A stretch of DNA of 64,000 nt from the human T2T-CHM13v2.0 reference genome, Homo sapiens: the NCBI RefSeq assembly GCF_009914755.1, contig NC_060940.1. One strand, given 5' to 3'. The notes under the pieces were generated by a model. That model did no database searches. It saw only the letters and a program-made list of their open reading frames with translations, and had not been told where the DNA came from. Numbering within the stretch: position 1 is the first letter of the stretch; each line of letters opens with the position of its first letter. The translations under genes and the position numbers were made by a program. Of this stretch, positions 43,501 to 55,900 are shown piece by piece.

Positions 43501-46500
43501 AACTCAACGATTCCATTCAATACCATTCGATGATGATTCCTTTTGAGTCCATTCAATGATTTCATTCAAGTCCATTTGATGATTCCTTTCAATTCCATTC
43601 TATGATGATTCCATTCGAGTCCATTCGATGATTCCATTCGATTGCATTCGATGATTCCATTATATTCCATTCAACGGTGATTCCATTCGAGTCCATTCCA
43701 TGATTCCATTAGAGTACATTTAATGATTGCTTTGTTTTCAATTCGAAGATGATTACATTGGATTCCATTCTATGATACCATTCGATTCCATTCAATGATG
43801 ATTCCACTCAAATCCATTGGATGATTCCATTCGTGTCCATTCGGTGATTTCATTAGATTCCATTCGAGGATGATTCCATTCGATTCCATTCGATGATTCC
43901 ATTCAATTCCATTCGTTGATGATTCCATTCCAGTCCATATGATCATTCCATTTGATTTCATTCGATGATGATTCCATTCGATTCCATTCGATGATTCCAT
44001 TCTATTCCATTCGATGATGATTCCATTCGAGTCCATTCGATGATTCCATTCGAGTCCATTTAATGATTCCATTGGGTTCAATTCAATGATGATTACATTG
44101 GATTCCGTTCTATGATTCCATTCAATTCCGTTCATTGACAATTTGATTCCATTCGATGATGATTCCATTTGAGTTCATTCGATGATTCTATTCGATTCTC
44201 TTCGATGGTGATTCAATTCTATTATATTGGATGATTCCATTCGATTCCATTTGATGTTGATTCAATTCGATTCTATTCGATGATGATTCCATTGGATTTC
44301 ACTTGATGATTCTATTCGATTCCATTCAATGATGATTCACTTCTCGTCCATTGGATGATTCCATTTCATTCCATTCGATGATGATTCCATTCGATTCCAT
44401 TCGATGATTCCATTTGATTCCATGCGACGGTGAGCAATTCGATTCAATTCCATGATGATTCTATTTGATTCAATTAGATGATGTTTCCATTCGAATCCAT
44501 TCCATGATTATTCCATTGGAATCCATTCGGCGATGATTCCATATGAGTCAATTCAATGATGATTCCATATGGGTCCGTTCGATGATAATTCCATTTGATT
44601 TCATTCGATGCTTCTATTCTATTCCAGTCGATGATGATTCCGTTGGAGTCCATACGATGATTCCATTTGATTTCATTTGATGATGATTCCATTCGATGAC
44701 GATTACATTGGATTCCATTCTATGATTCCATTCAATTCCATTCGTTGATGATTCGATTCCATTCAATGATGATTCCATTTGAGTTCATTCGATGATTCTA
44801 TTCGATTCCGTTCGATGGTGATTCAATTCTATTATATTGGATGATTCCACTCGATTCCATTTGATGATTATTCCATTGGAGTCCACTTAGTGAATCCTTT
44901 AGATTCTACTCGACGATGATTCCATTCGAGTCCATTCGATGATACCATTCAATTCCATTCGTTGATGCTTCCATTCAAGTGCATTCGATGATATCATTCG
45001 ATTCCATTTGATGATAATTCCATTTGATTCCATGCGATGATTCTATTCGATTCCATTCAATGATAATTCCATTCAATTCAGTGATTCCTCTGGACTCCAT
45101 TTGATGATGATTCCATTCAATGATTCCATTCGATTCTATTCGAAAATGATTCCATTTGAATCCATTTGATGATGATTCCATTAGATTCCATTTGATGATT
45201 CCATTCGATTCCATTCGACGATGATTCCATTCGATTCCGTTTGATGATTCCATTCTATTCTATTCGATGATGATTCCATTCGATTCCATTCGATGATGAT
45301 TGGATTCGATTCCATTGGATGATTTCATTTGATTCCATTCGTTAATGATTTCGATCAATTCCATTCGATGATTCCATTCGATTCCATTCGATAATGATTA
45401 CATCCGAGTCCATTCGATGATTCCCTTTGAGCCTGTTCGATAATTCCATTTGAGTCCAACCAATGATTCCATTCATTTCCATTCAATGATTCCATTCGAG
45501 TCCATTTGATCATTCCGGTAGGGTCCATTCGATGTTGATTCCATTGGAGTGCATTCGATGATTCCATTCGAGTCCATTTTAGGATTTGATTCGAGTCCTT
45601 TCGATGATTCCATTCGATTCCACTCGATGATGATTTCATTCGAGTCCATTCGACACTTCCAATCGATTCCATTTGATGATTCCATTCGAGTCCAATTGAT
45701 GATTCCATTCAATTCCATTCGATGATGATTCCGTACGATTCCATTCTGTGATGATTCCATGTGATTGCATTCAATGATGATTCCTTTCGATTGCATTCGA
45801 TTATGATTCATTTCGTGTTCATTCTATGGTTCCACAGGTTTCCATTCGTGTCCATTCCATTATTCCATTCTATTCCATTTGATGATGATTCCATTCGATT
45901 CCATTCATTGGTGATTCCACTCAATTCCATTCAATGATTCCATTCCATTTCTTTCAACAATGATTCCATTAGTTTCTAATCGATGATCCACTTGATTCCA
46001 TTTGACGACGATTCCATTCTTGTCCATTCGATGATTCCATTTGATTCCATATGATGATGATTCCATTCGATTCCATACCATGATGATTCCATTCGAGTCC
46101 ATTCAATGGTGATTCCATTCAATTCCATTCGATGATTCCTTTCGATTCCATTCGATGATGATGGCATTCGATTCCTTTCAATCATTCCCTTTGATTCCAT
46201 TCAAAGGTGATTTCATTCAAGTCCATTCGATAATTGCATTCGATTCCATTCTATGATGATTCCATTCGAGTCCATTTGATGATTCCATTCAATTCAAGTC
46301 AATGATGATTCCATTCGATTCCATTCGATGATTCCATTGGATTCCATTCGATGATGATTCCATTCAAATCCTTTCGATAATTCAATTCAAGTCCATTCGA
46401 TGATGATTCCAATCGAATCCATTCAAAGATTCCATTCAGTTCCATTCGATGATTCCCTTAGATTCCATTCGATGATTCCACTTGATTGCATTTACGATGA

Positions 46501-46849
46501 TTCCATTCGATTCCATGTGATGATTCCATTCAATTCTATTCAATGATGTCTCCATTTGATTCCATTCGACCATGATTGCCTTTGATTCCATTCAATGATT
46601 CCATTCGGTTCCGTTTGATGATGATTCCGTTCGATTCCATTTGATGATTCCATTTGATTCCATTGGATGGGTCCATTCGATTACATTCGATGATTATTCC
46701 ATTCGAGTGCATTAGATGATTCCATTCGAGTCCATTCGATGATTCCATTCGATTCCATTCGATGTTGATTCTGTTCAAATCCATTCGATGATTCCACTCG
46801 ATTCCATTCGTTGACTCCATTTGATCCCATTCGATGATTTCCTTTGATT
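40542..46849 (+). repeat. HOR unit 9 (6,308 bp; 26-bp and 170-bp tandem duplications)
   Basis: Offsets go 40541->40567->40737. Duplications are visible at 42032-42083 and 43261-43600. Confidence 0.92.
43261..43600 (+). repeat. 170-bp direct tandem duplication within unit 9
   Basis: The once-per-unit landmark TTATCCCATTAG(G/A)GTAAACTCAACG occurs twice, at ~43315 and ~43485, 170 bp apart. Confidence 0.92.
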
Positions 46850-49800
46850 CCCTTTGATGATCATTCCATTTGATTCAATTCGGTGATTTCATTTGATTCC
46901 ATTCAGTGATGTTTCCATTCGACTCCATTCGATGATGATTCCATTCGACTCCATTCGATTATGATTTCATTCAATTCCATTCGATAATGATTCCCTTCGA
47001 GTCCATTCGATGATTCCATTCGATTCCATTCAACGATGTTTTGATTCGTGTCCATTCGATGATTCCATTTGATTCCACTTGATGATGATTCCATTCGAGT
47101 CCATTTGATGATTCCATTCAATTCCATACTCCGATGATTTCTTTTGAGCCCACTCAATGCTTCCACTCGATTCCATATGATGATGACTCCATTCGATGAA
47201 ATTCGATGATGATTCCATTCGCTTGCTTTCGATGATGATTCCACTTGAGTCCGTTAGAAGATTCTATTCAATTACATTCCATGACGATTCCGTTCGAGTC
47301 CATTTGATGATTCCATTAGACTCCATTCGACGATGATTCCATTCGATGTTATTCCATGATTCCATTCGATATCAATCGATGATGATTCCATTCAACTCCA
47401 TTCGATGTTTCCATTCGAGTTCATTCTATTATTGCATTAGATTCCATTCGATGATGATTCCATTCGATTCCATTTGATGATTGCATTCTATTTCATTTGA
47501 TGATGATTCCATTCGAGTCCACTCGATGATTCCATTCGAGTCCATTTAATGAATCCATTGGTTTCAATTCTATGATGATTACATTGGATTCCATTCGTTG
47601 ATGATTTCATTCGGTTCCATTCAATGATGATTCCATTCAATTCCTTTCAATGTTTCCATTCAATTCCATACGATGATGATTCCATTTGATTTGATTCGAC
47701 AGTGAGCCATTCGATTCAATTCCATGATGATTCTATTTGATTCAATTGGTTGACATTTCCATTCGATTCCATTCGATGATGATTCCCTTTGATTCCGTTC
47801 AAAGATGATTCCATTCTAGCCCATTCAATCATTCCATTCGATTCTATTCAATGATGATTCCATTCATGTCGATTTGGTGATTCCATTTGACTTCATTTGA
47901 TGATGATTCCTTTCAAGTTCATTAGATGATTCCATTCGATTCCATTTGATGATGATCCCATTCGAGTCCATTCAGTGATTCCATTCGTTTCCATTCCATG
48001 ATGATTCCATTCCTTTCCATTCAATGATTCCATTCGATTCCGTTTGATGATGATTTCATTCGAGTCCATTTGATGATTCCATTTGATTCCATTCGATGAT
48101 GATTCCATTCGAGTCCATTCGATGATTCTATTCGAATCCATTTGATGATTTCTTTTGATTATATTTGGTGATGATTCCATTGGAGTCCATTCAATGATTC
48201 CATTCTATTCCAATCGATGATGATTCCATTAGAGTCCATTTAATGATTCCATTTGATTCCAGTCTCTGATGATTACATTCGAGTCCATACGATGATTCCA
48301 CTCAATTCCATATGATGATGATTCCATTTGATTCCATTCGGTGATTCCATTCTATTCTAATCAATGGTGATTCCATTCTATTCTATTCAATGGTGATTCC
48401 ATTGGAGTACATTAGATGATTCCATTCGATTCCATTCAATGATGATTCTATTTGTGTCCCTTAGATGATTCCACATGATTCCATTAGATGATGATACTAT
48501 TTGAGCCCATCCAATGATTCCCTTCGATTCCATTCGATGAGGATTCCATTCGATTCAATTCATTGGTGATTCTATTCAATTCAATTCTTTGATTCCATTC
48601 CATTCCATTCGACAATGATTCCATTCGATTTCTTTCGATGATTCCACTCGATTCCACTTGACATTGATTCCATTCGATTCCATTCAATGATTCCATTTGA
48701 TTCCAGTGGATGATGATTGCCATCGATTCCATTCGATCACTCCATTCTATTCCATTTGATGATGATTACATTCGATTCCATTTGATGATTCCATCTGATT
48801 CTATTCGAGGATTCCATTTGATTCCATTCGATGATGATTCCATTCGAGTCCATTCGATGATTTCATTCGAGTACATCCAATGATTCCATTCGAGTCCATT
48901 AGATGATTCCATTTGATTCCATTTGAAAATGATTCTACTAGAGTCCATTCAATGACTCCATTCGAGTCCATTCAACAATTCCATTCGACTCCATTCGATG
49001 ATTCCATTCGATTCCATTTGATGGTTCCATTCGCGTCCATTTAATCATTACAGTCGAGTCCGTTTGGTGATTCCACTGGATTTCTTTTGATAATGATACC
49101 ATTCAATTACATTTGATGATGATCCCATTCAATTTCATTTGATGATGATTCCATTAGAGTCCATTCGATGATTTCATTCGAGTCCCTTCATTGATTCCAT
49201 CCGATTTCATTGGATGATGACTCCATTCGAGTCCATTCGATGATTCCACTCGATTCCATTAGATGACTCCATTGGAGTCCATTTGATTGTTCCATTCGAT
49301 TCCATTCGATTCCTTTCGAAGATTATTCCATTTGAGTCCATTCGATGATGATTCCATTCTATTCCATTCGATGATTCCGTTTGATTCCATTCGATGATTC
49401 CCTTCGATTCCTTTCTTTGATGATTCCATTCCATTCCATTCAATGATTCCATTCGAATCTATTCCATGATGATTCCTTTCGATTCCATTCGCTGATGTTT
49501 CCGTTCAATTCCATTCGATGATGATTCCATTCGATTCCATTCATTGAGGATTCCATTTGATTCCATTCAATGATGATTCCATTGTATTCCATTCAATGAT
49601 TGCATTCAATTCCATTCAATGATTATCCCATTAGGGTAAACTCAACGATTCCATTCAATACCATTCGATGATGATTCCTTTTGAGTCCATTCAATGATTT
49701 CATTCAAGTCCATTTGATGATTCCTTTCAATTCCATTCTATGATGATTCCATTCGAGTCCATTCGATGATTCCATTCGATTGCATTCGATGATTCCATTA

Positions 49801-52800
49801 TATTCCATTCAACGGTGATTCCATTCGAGTCCATTCCATGATTCCATTAGAGTACATTTAATGATTGCTTTGTTTTCAATTCGAAGATGATTACATTGGA
49901 TTCCATTCTATGATACCATTCGATTCCATTCAATGATGATTCCACTCAAATCCATTGGATGATTCCATTCGTGTCCATTCGGTGATTTCATTAGATTCCA
50001 TTCGAGGATGATTCCATTCGATTCCATTCGATGATTCCATTCAATTCCATTCGTTGATGATTCCATTGCAGTCCATATGATCATTCCATTTGATTTCATT
50101 CGATGATGATTCCATTCGATTCGATTCGACGATTCCATTATATTCCATTCGATGATGATTCCATTCGAGTCCATTCGATGATTCCATTCGAGTCCATTTA
50201 ATGATTCCATTGGGTTCAATTCAATGATGATTACATTGGATTCCGTTCTATGATTCCATTCAATTCCGTTCATTGACAATTTGATTCCATTCGATGATGA
50301 TTCCATTTGAGTTCATTCGATGATTCTATTCGATTCTCTTCGATGGTGATTCAATTCTATTATATTGGATGATTCCATTCGATTCCATTTGATGTTGATT
50401 CAATTCGATTCTATTCGATGATGATTCCATTGGATTTCACTTGATGATTCTATTCGATTCCATTCAATGATGATTCACTTCTCGTCCATTGGATGATTCC
50501 ATTTCATTCCATTCGATGATGATTCCATTCGATTCCATTCGATGATTCCATTTGATTCCATGCGACGGTGAGCAATTCGATTCAATTCCATGATGATTCT
50601 ATTTGATTCAATTAGATGATGTTTCCATTCGAATCCATTCCATGATTATTCCATTGGAATCCATTCGGCGATGATTCCATATGAGTCAATTCAATGATGA
50701 TTCCATATGGGTCCGTTCGATGATAATTCCATTTGATTTCATTCGATGCTTCTATTCTATTCCAGTCGATGATGATTCCGTTGGAGTCCATACGATGATT
50801 CCATTTGATTTCATTTGATGATGATTCCATTCGATGACGATTACATTGGATTCCATTCTATGATTCCATTCAATTCCATTCGTTGATGATTCGATTCCAT
50901 TCAATGATGATTCCATTTGAGTTCATTCGATGATTCTATTCGATTCCGTTCGATGGTGATTCAATTCTATTATATTGGATGATTCCACTCGATTCCATTT
51001 GATGATTATTCCATTGGAGTCCACTTAGTGAATCCTTTAGATTCTACTCGACGATGATTCCATTCGAGTCCATTCGATGATACCATTCAATTCCATTCGT
51101 TGATGCTTCCATTCAAGTGCATTCGATGATATCATTCGATTCCATTTGATGATAATTCCATTTGATTCCATGCGATGATTCTATTCGATTCCATTCAATG
51201 ATAATTCCATTCAATTCAGTGATTCCTCTGGACTCCATTTGATGATGATTCCATTCAATGATTCCATTCGATTCTATTCGAAAATGATTCCATTTGAATC
51301 CATTTGATGATGATTCCATTAGATTCCATTTGATGATTCCATTCGATTCCATTCGACGATGATTCCATTCGATTCCGTTTGATGATTCCATTCTATTCTA
51401 TTCGATGATGATTCCATTCGATTCCATTCGATGATGATTGGATTCGATTCCATTTGATGATTTCATTTGATTCCATTCGTTAATGATTTCGATCAATTCC
51501 ATTCGATGATTCCATTCGATTCCATTCGATAATGATTACATCCGAGTCCATTCGATGATTCCCTTTGAGCCTGTTCGATAATTCCATTTGAGTCCAACCA
51601 ATGATTCCATTCATTTCCATTCAATGATTCCATTCGAGTCCATTTGATCATTCCGGTAGGGTCCATTCGATGTTGATTCCATTGGAGTGCATTCGATGAT
51701 TCCATTCGAGTCCATTTTAGGATTTGATTCGAGTCCTTTCGATGATTCCATTCGATTCCACTCGATGATGATTTCATTCGAGTCCATTCGACACTTCCAA
51801 TCGATTCCATTTGATGATTCCATTCGAGTCCAATTGATGATTCCATTCAATTCCATTCGATGATGATTCCGTACGATTCCATTCTGTGATGATTCCATGT
51901 GATTGCATTCAATGATGATTCCTTTCGATTGCATTCGATTATGATTCATTTCGTGTTCATTCTATGGTTCCACAGGTTTCCATTCGTGTCCATTCCATTA
52001 TTCCATTCTATTCCATTTGATGATGATTCCATTCGATTCCATTCATTGGTGATTCCACTCAATTCCATTCAATGATTCCATTCCATTTCTTTCAACAATG
52101 ATTCCATTAGTTTCTAATCGATGATCCACTTGATTCCATTTGACGACGATTCCATTCTTGTCCATTCGATGATTCCATTTGATTCCATATGATGATGATT
52201 CCATTCGATTCCATACCATGATGATTCCATTCGAGTCCATTCAATGGTGATTCCATTCAATTCCATTCGATGATTCCTTTCGATTCCATTCGATGATGAT
52301 GGCATTCGATTCCTTTCAATCATTCCCTTTGATTCCATTCAAAGGTGATTTCATTCAAGTCCATTCGATAATTGCATTCGATTCCATTCTATGATGATTC
52401 CATTCGAGTCCATTTGATGATTCCATTCAATTCAAGTCAATGATGATTCCATTCGATTCCATTCGATGATTCCATTGGATTCCATTCGATGATGATTCCA
52501 TTCAAATCCTTTCGATAATTCAATTCAAGTCCATTCGATGATGATTCCAATCGAATCCATTCAAAGATTCCATTCAGTTCCATTCGATGATTCCCTTAGA
52601 TTCCATTCGATGATTCCACTTGATTGCATTTACGATGATTCCATTCGATTCCATGTGATGATTCCATTCAATTCTATTCAATGATGTCTCCATTTGATTC
52701 CATTCGACCATGATTGCCTTTGATTCCATTCAATGATTCCATTCGGTTCCGTTTGATGATGATTCCGTTCGATTCCATTTGATGATTCCATTTGATTCCA

Positions 52801-52987
52801 TTGGATGGGTCCATTCGATTACATTCGATGATTATTCCATTCGAGTGCATTAGATGATTCCATTCGAGTCCATTCGATGATTCCATTCGATTCCATTCGA
52901 TGTTGATTCTGTTCAAATCCATTCGATGATTCCACTCGATTCCATTCGTTGACTCCATTTGATCCCATTCGATGATTTCCTTTGATT
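46850..52987 (+). repeat. HOR unit 10 (6,138 bp; same 26-bp duplication as unit 9)
   Basis: Offset changes 46849->46875; duplication at 48340-48391. Confidence 0.92.
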
Positions 52988-55900
52988 CCCTTTGATGATC
53001 ATTCCATTTGATTCAATTCGGTGATTTCATTCGATTCCATTCAGTGATGTTTCCATTCGACTCCATTCGATGATGATTCCATTCGACTCCATTCGATTAT
53101 GATTTCATTCAATTCCATTCGATAATGATTCCCTTCGAGTCCATTCGATGATTCCATTCGATTCCATTCAACGATGTTTTGATTCGTGTCCATTCGATGA
53201 TTCCATTTGATTCCACTTGATGATGATTCCATTCGAGTCCATTTGATGATTCCATTCAATTCCATACTCCGATGATTTCTTTTGAGCCCACTCAATGCTT
53301 CCACTCGATTCCATATGATGATGACTCCATTCGATGAAATTCGATGATGATTCCATTCGCTTGCTTTCGATGATGATTCCACTTGAGTCCGTTAGAAGAT
53401 TCTATTCAATTACATTCCATGACGATTCCGTTCGAGTCCATTTGATGATTCCATTAGACTCCATTCGACGATGATTCCTTTCGATGTTATTCCATGATTC
53501 CATTCGATATCAATCGATGATGATTCCATTCAACTCCATTCGATGTTTCCATTCGAGTTCATTCTATTATTGCATTAGATTCCATTCGATGATGATTCCA
53601 TTCGATTCCATTTGATGATTGCATTCTGTTTCATTTGATGATGATTCCATTCGAGTCCACTCGATGATTCCATTCGAGTCCATTTAATGAATCCATTGGT
53701 TTCAATTCTATGATGATTACATTGGATTCCATTCGTTGATGATTTCATTCGGTTCCATTCAATGATGATTCCATTCAATTCCTTTCAATGTTTCCATTCA
53801 ATTCCATACGATGATGATTCCATTTGATTTGATTCGACAGTGAGCCATTCGATTCAATTCCATGATGATTCTATTTGATTCAATTGGTTGACATTTCCAT
53901 TCGATTCCATTCGATGATGATTCCCTTTGATTCCGTTCAAAGATGATTCCATTCTAGCCCATTCAATCATTCCATTCGATTCTATTCAATGATGATTCCA
54001 TTCATGTCGATTTGGTGATTCCATTTGACTTCATTTGATGATGATTCCTTTCAAGTTCATTAGATGATTCCATTCGATTCCATTTGATGATGATCCCATT
54101 CGAGTCCATTCAGTGATTCCATTCGTTTCCATTCCATGATGATTCCATTCCTTTCCATTCAATGATTCCATTCGATTCCGTTTGATGATGATTTCATTCG
54201 AGTCCATTTGATGATTCCATTTGATTCCATTCGATGATGATTCCATTCGAGTCCATTCGATGATTCTATTCGAATCCATTTGATGATTTCTTTTGATTAT
54301 ATTTGGTGATGATTCCATTGGAGTCCATTCAATGATTCCATTCGATTCCAATCGATGATGATTCCATTAGAGTCCATTTAATGATTCCATTTGATTCCAG
54401 TCTCTGATGATTACATTCGAGTCCATACGATGATTCCACTCAATTCCATATGATGATGATTCCATTTGATTCCATTCGGTGATTCCATTCTATTCTATTC
54501 AATGGTGATTCCATTCGAGTACATTAGATGATTCCATTCGATTCCATTCAATGATGATTCTATTTGTGTCCCTTAGATGATTCCACATGATTCCATTACA
54601 TGATGATACTATTTGAGCCCATCCAATGATTCCCTTCGATTCCATTCGATGAGGATTCCATTCGATTCAATTCATTGGTGATTCTATTCAATTCAATTCT
54701 TTGATTCCATTCCATTCCATTCGACAATGATTCCATTCGATTTCTTTCGATGATTCCACTCGATTCCACTTGACATTGATTCCATTCGATTCCATTCAAT
54801 GATTCCATTTGATTCCAGTGGATGATGATTGCCATCGATTCCATTCGATCACTCCATTCTATTCCATTTGATGATGATTACATTCGATTCCATTTGATGA
54901 TTCCATCTGATTCTATTCGAGGATTCCATTTGATTCCATTCGATGATGATTCCATTCGAGTCCATTCGATGATTTCATTCGAGTACATCCAATGATTCCA
55001 TTCGAGTCCATTAGATGATTCCATTTGATTCCATTTGAAAATGATTCTACTAGAGTCCATTCAATGACTCCATTCGAGTCCATTCAACAATTCCATTCGA
55101 CTCCATTCGATGATTCCATTCGATTCCATTTGATGGTTCCATTCGAGTCCATTTAATCATTACAGTCGAGTCCATTTGGTGATTCCACTGGATTTCTTTT
55201 GATAATGATACCATTCAATTACATTTGATGATGATCCCATTCAATTTCATTTGATGATGATTCCATTAGAGTCCATTCGATGATTTCATTCGAGTCCCTT
55301 CATTGATTCCATCCGATTTCATTGGATGATGACTCCATTCGAGTCCATTCGATGATTCCACTCGATTCCATTAGATGACTCCATTGGAGTCCATTTGATT
55401 GTTCCATTCGATTCCATTCGATTCCTTTCGAAGATTATTCCATTTGAGTCCATTCGATGATGATTCCATTCCATTCCATTCGATGATTCCGTTTGATTCC
55501 ATTCGATGATTCCCTTCGATTCCTTTCTTTGATGATTTCATTCCATTCCATTCAATGATTCCATTCGAATCTATTCCATGATGATTCCTTTCGATTCCAT
55601 TCGCTGATGTTTCCGTTCAATTCCATTCGATGATGATTCCATTCGATTCCATTCATTGAGGATTCCATTTGATTCCATTCAATGATGATTCCATTCTATT
55701 CCACTCAATGATTGCATTCAATTCCATACAATGATTATCCCATTAGAGTAAACTCAACGATTCCATTCAATACCATTCGATGATGATTCCTTTTGAGTCC
55801 ATTCAATGATTTCATTCAAGTCCATTTGATGATTCCTTTCAATTCCATTCTATGATGATTCCATTCGAGTCCATTCGATGATTCCATTCAATTGCATTTG

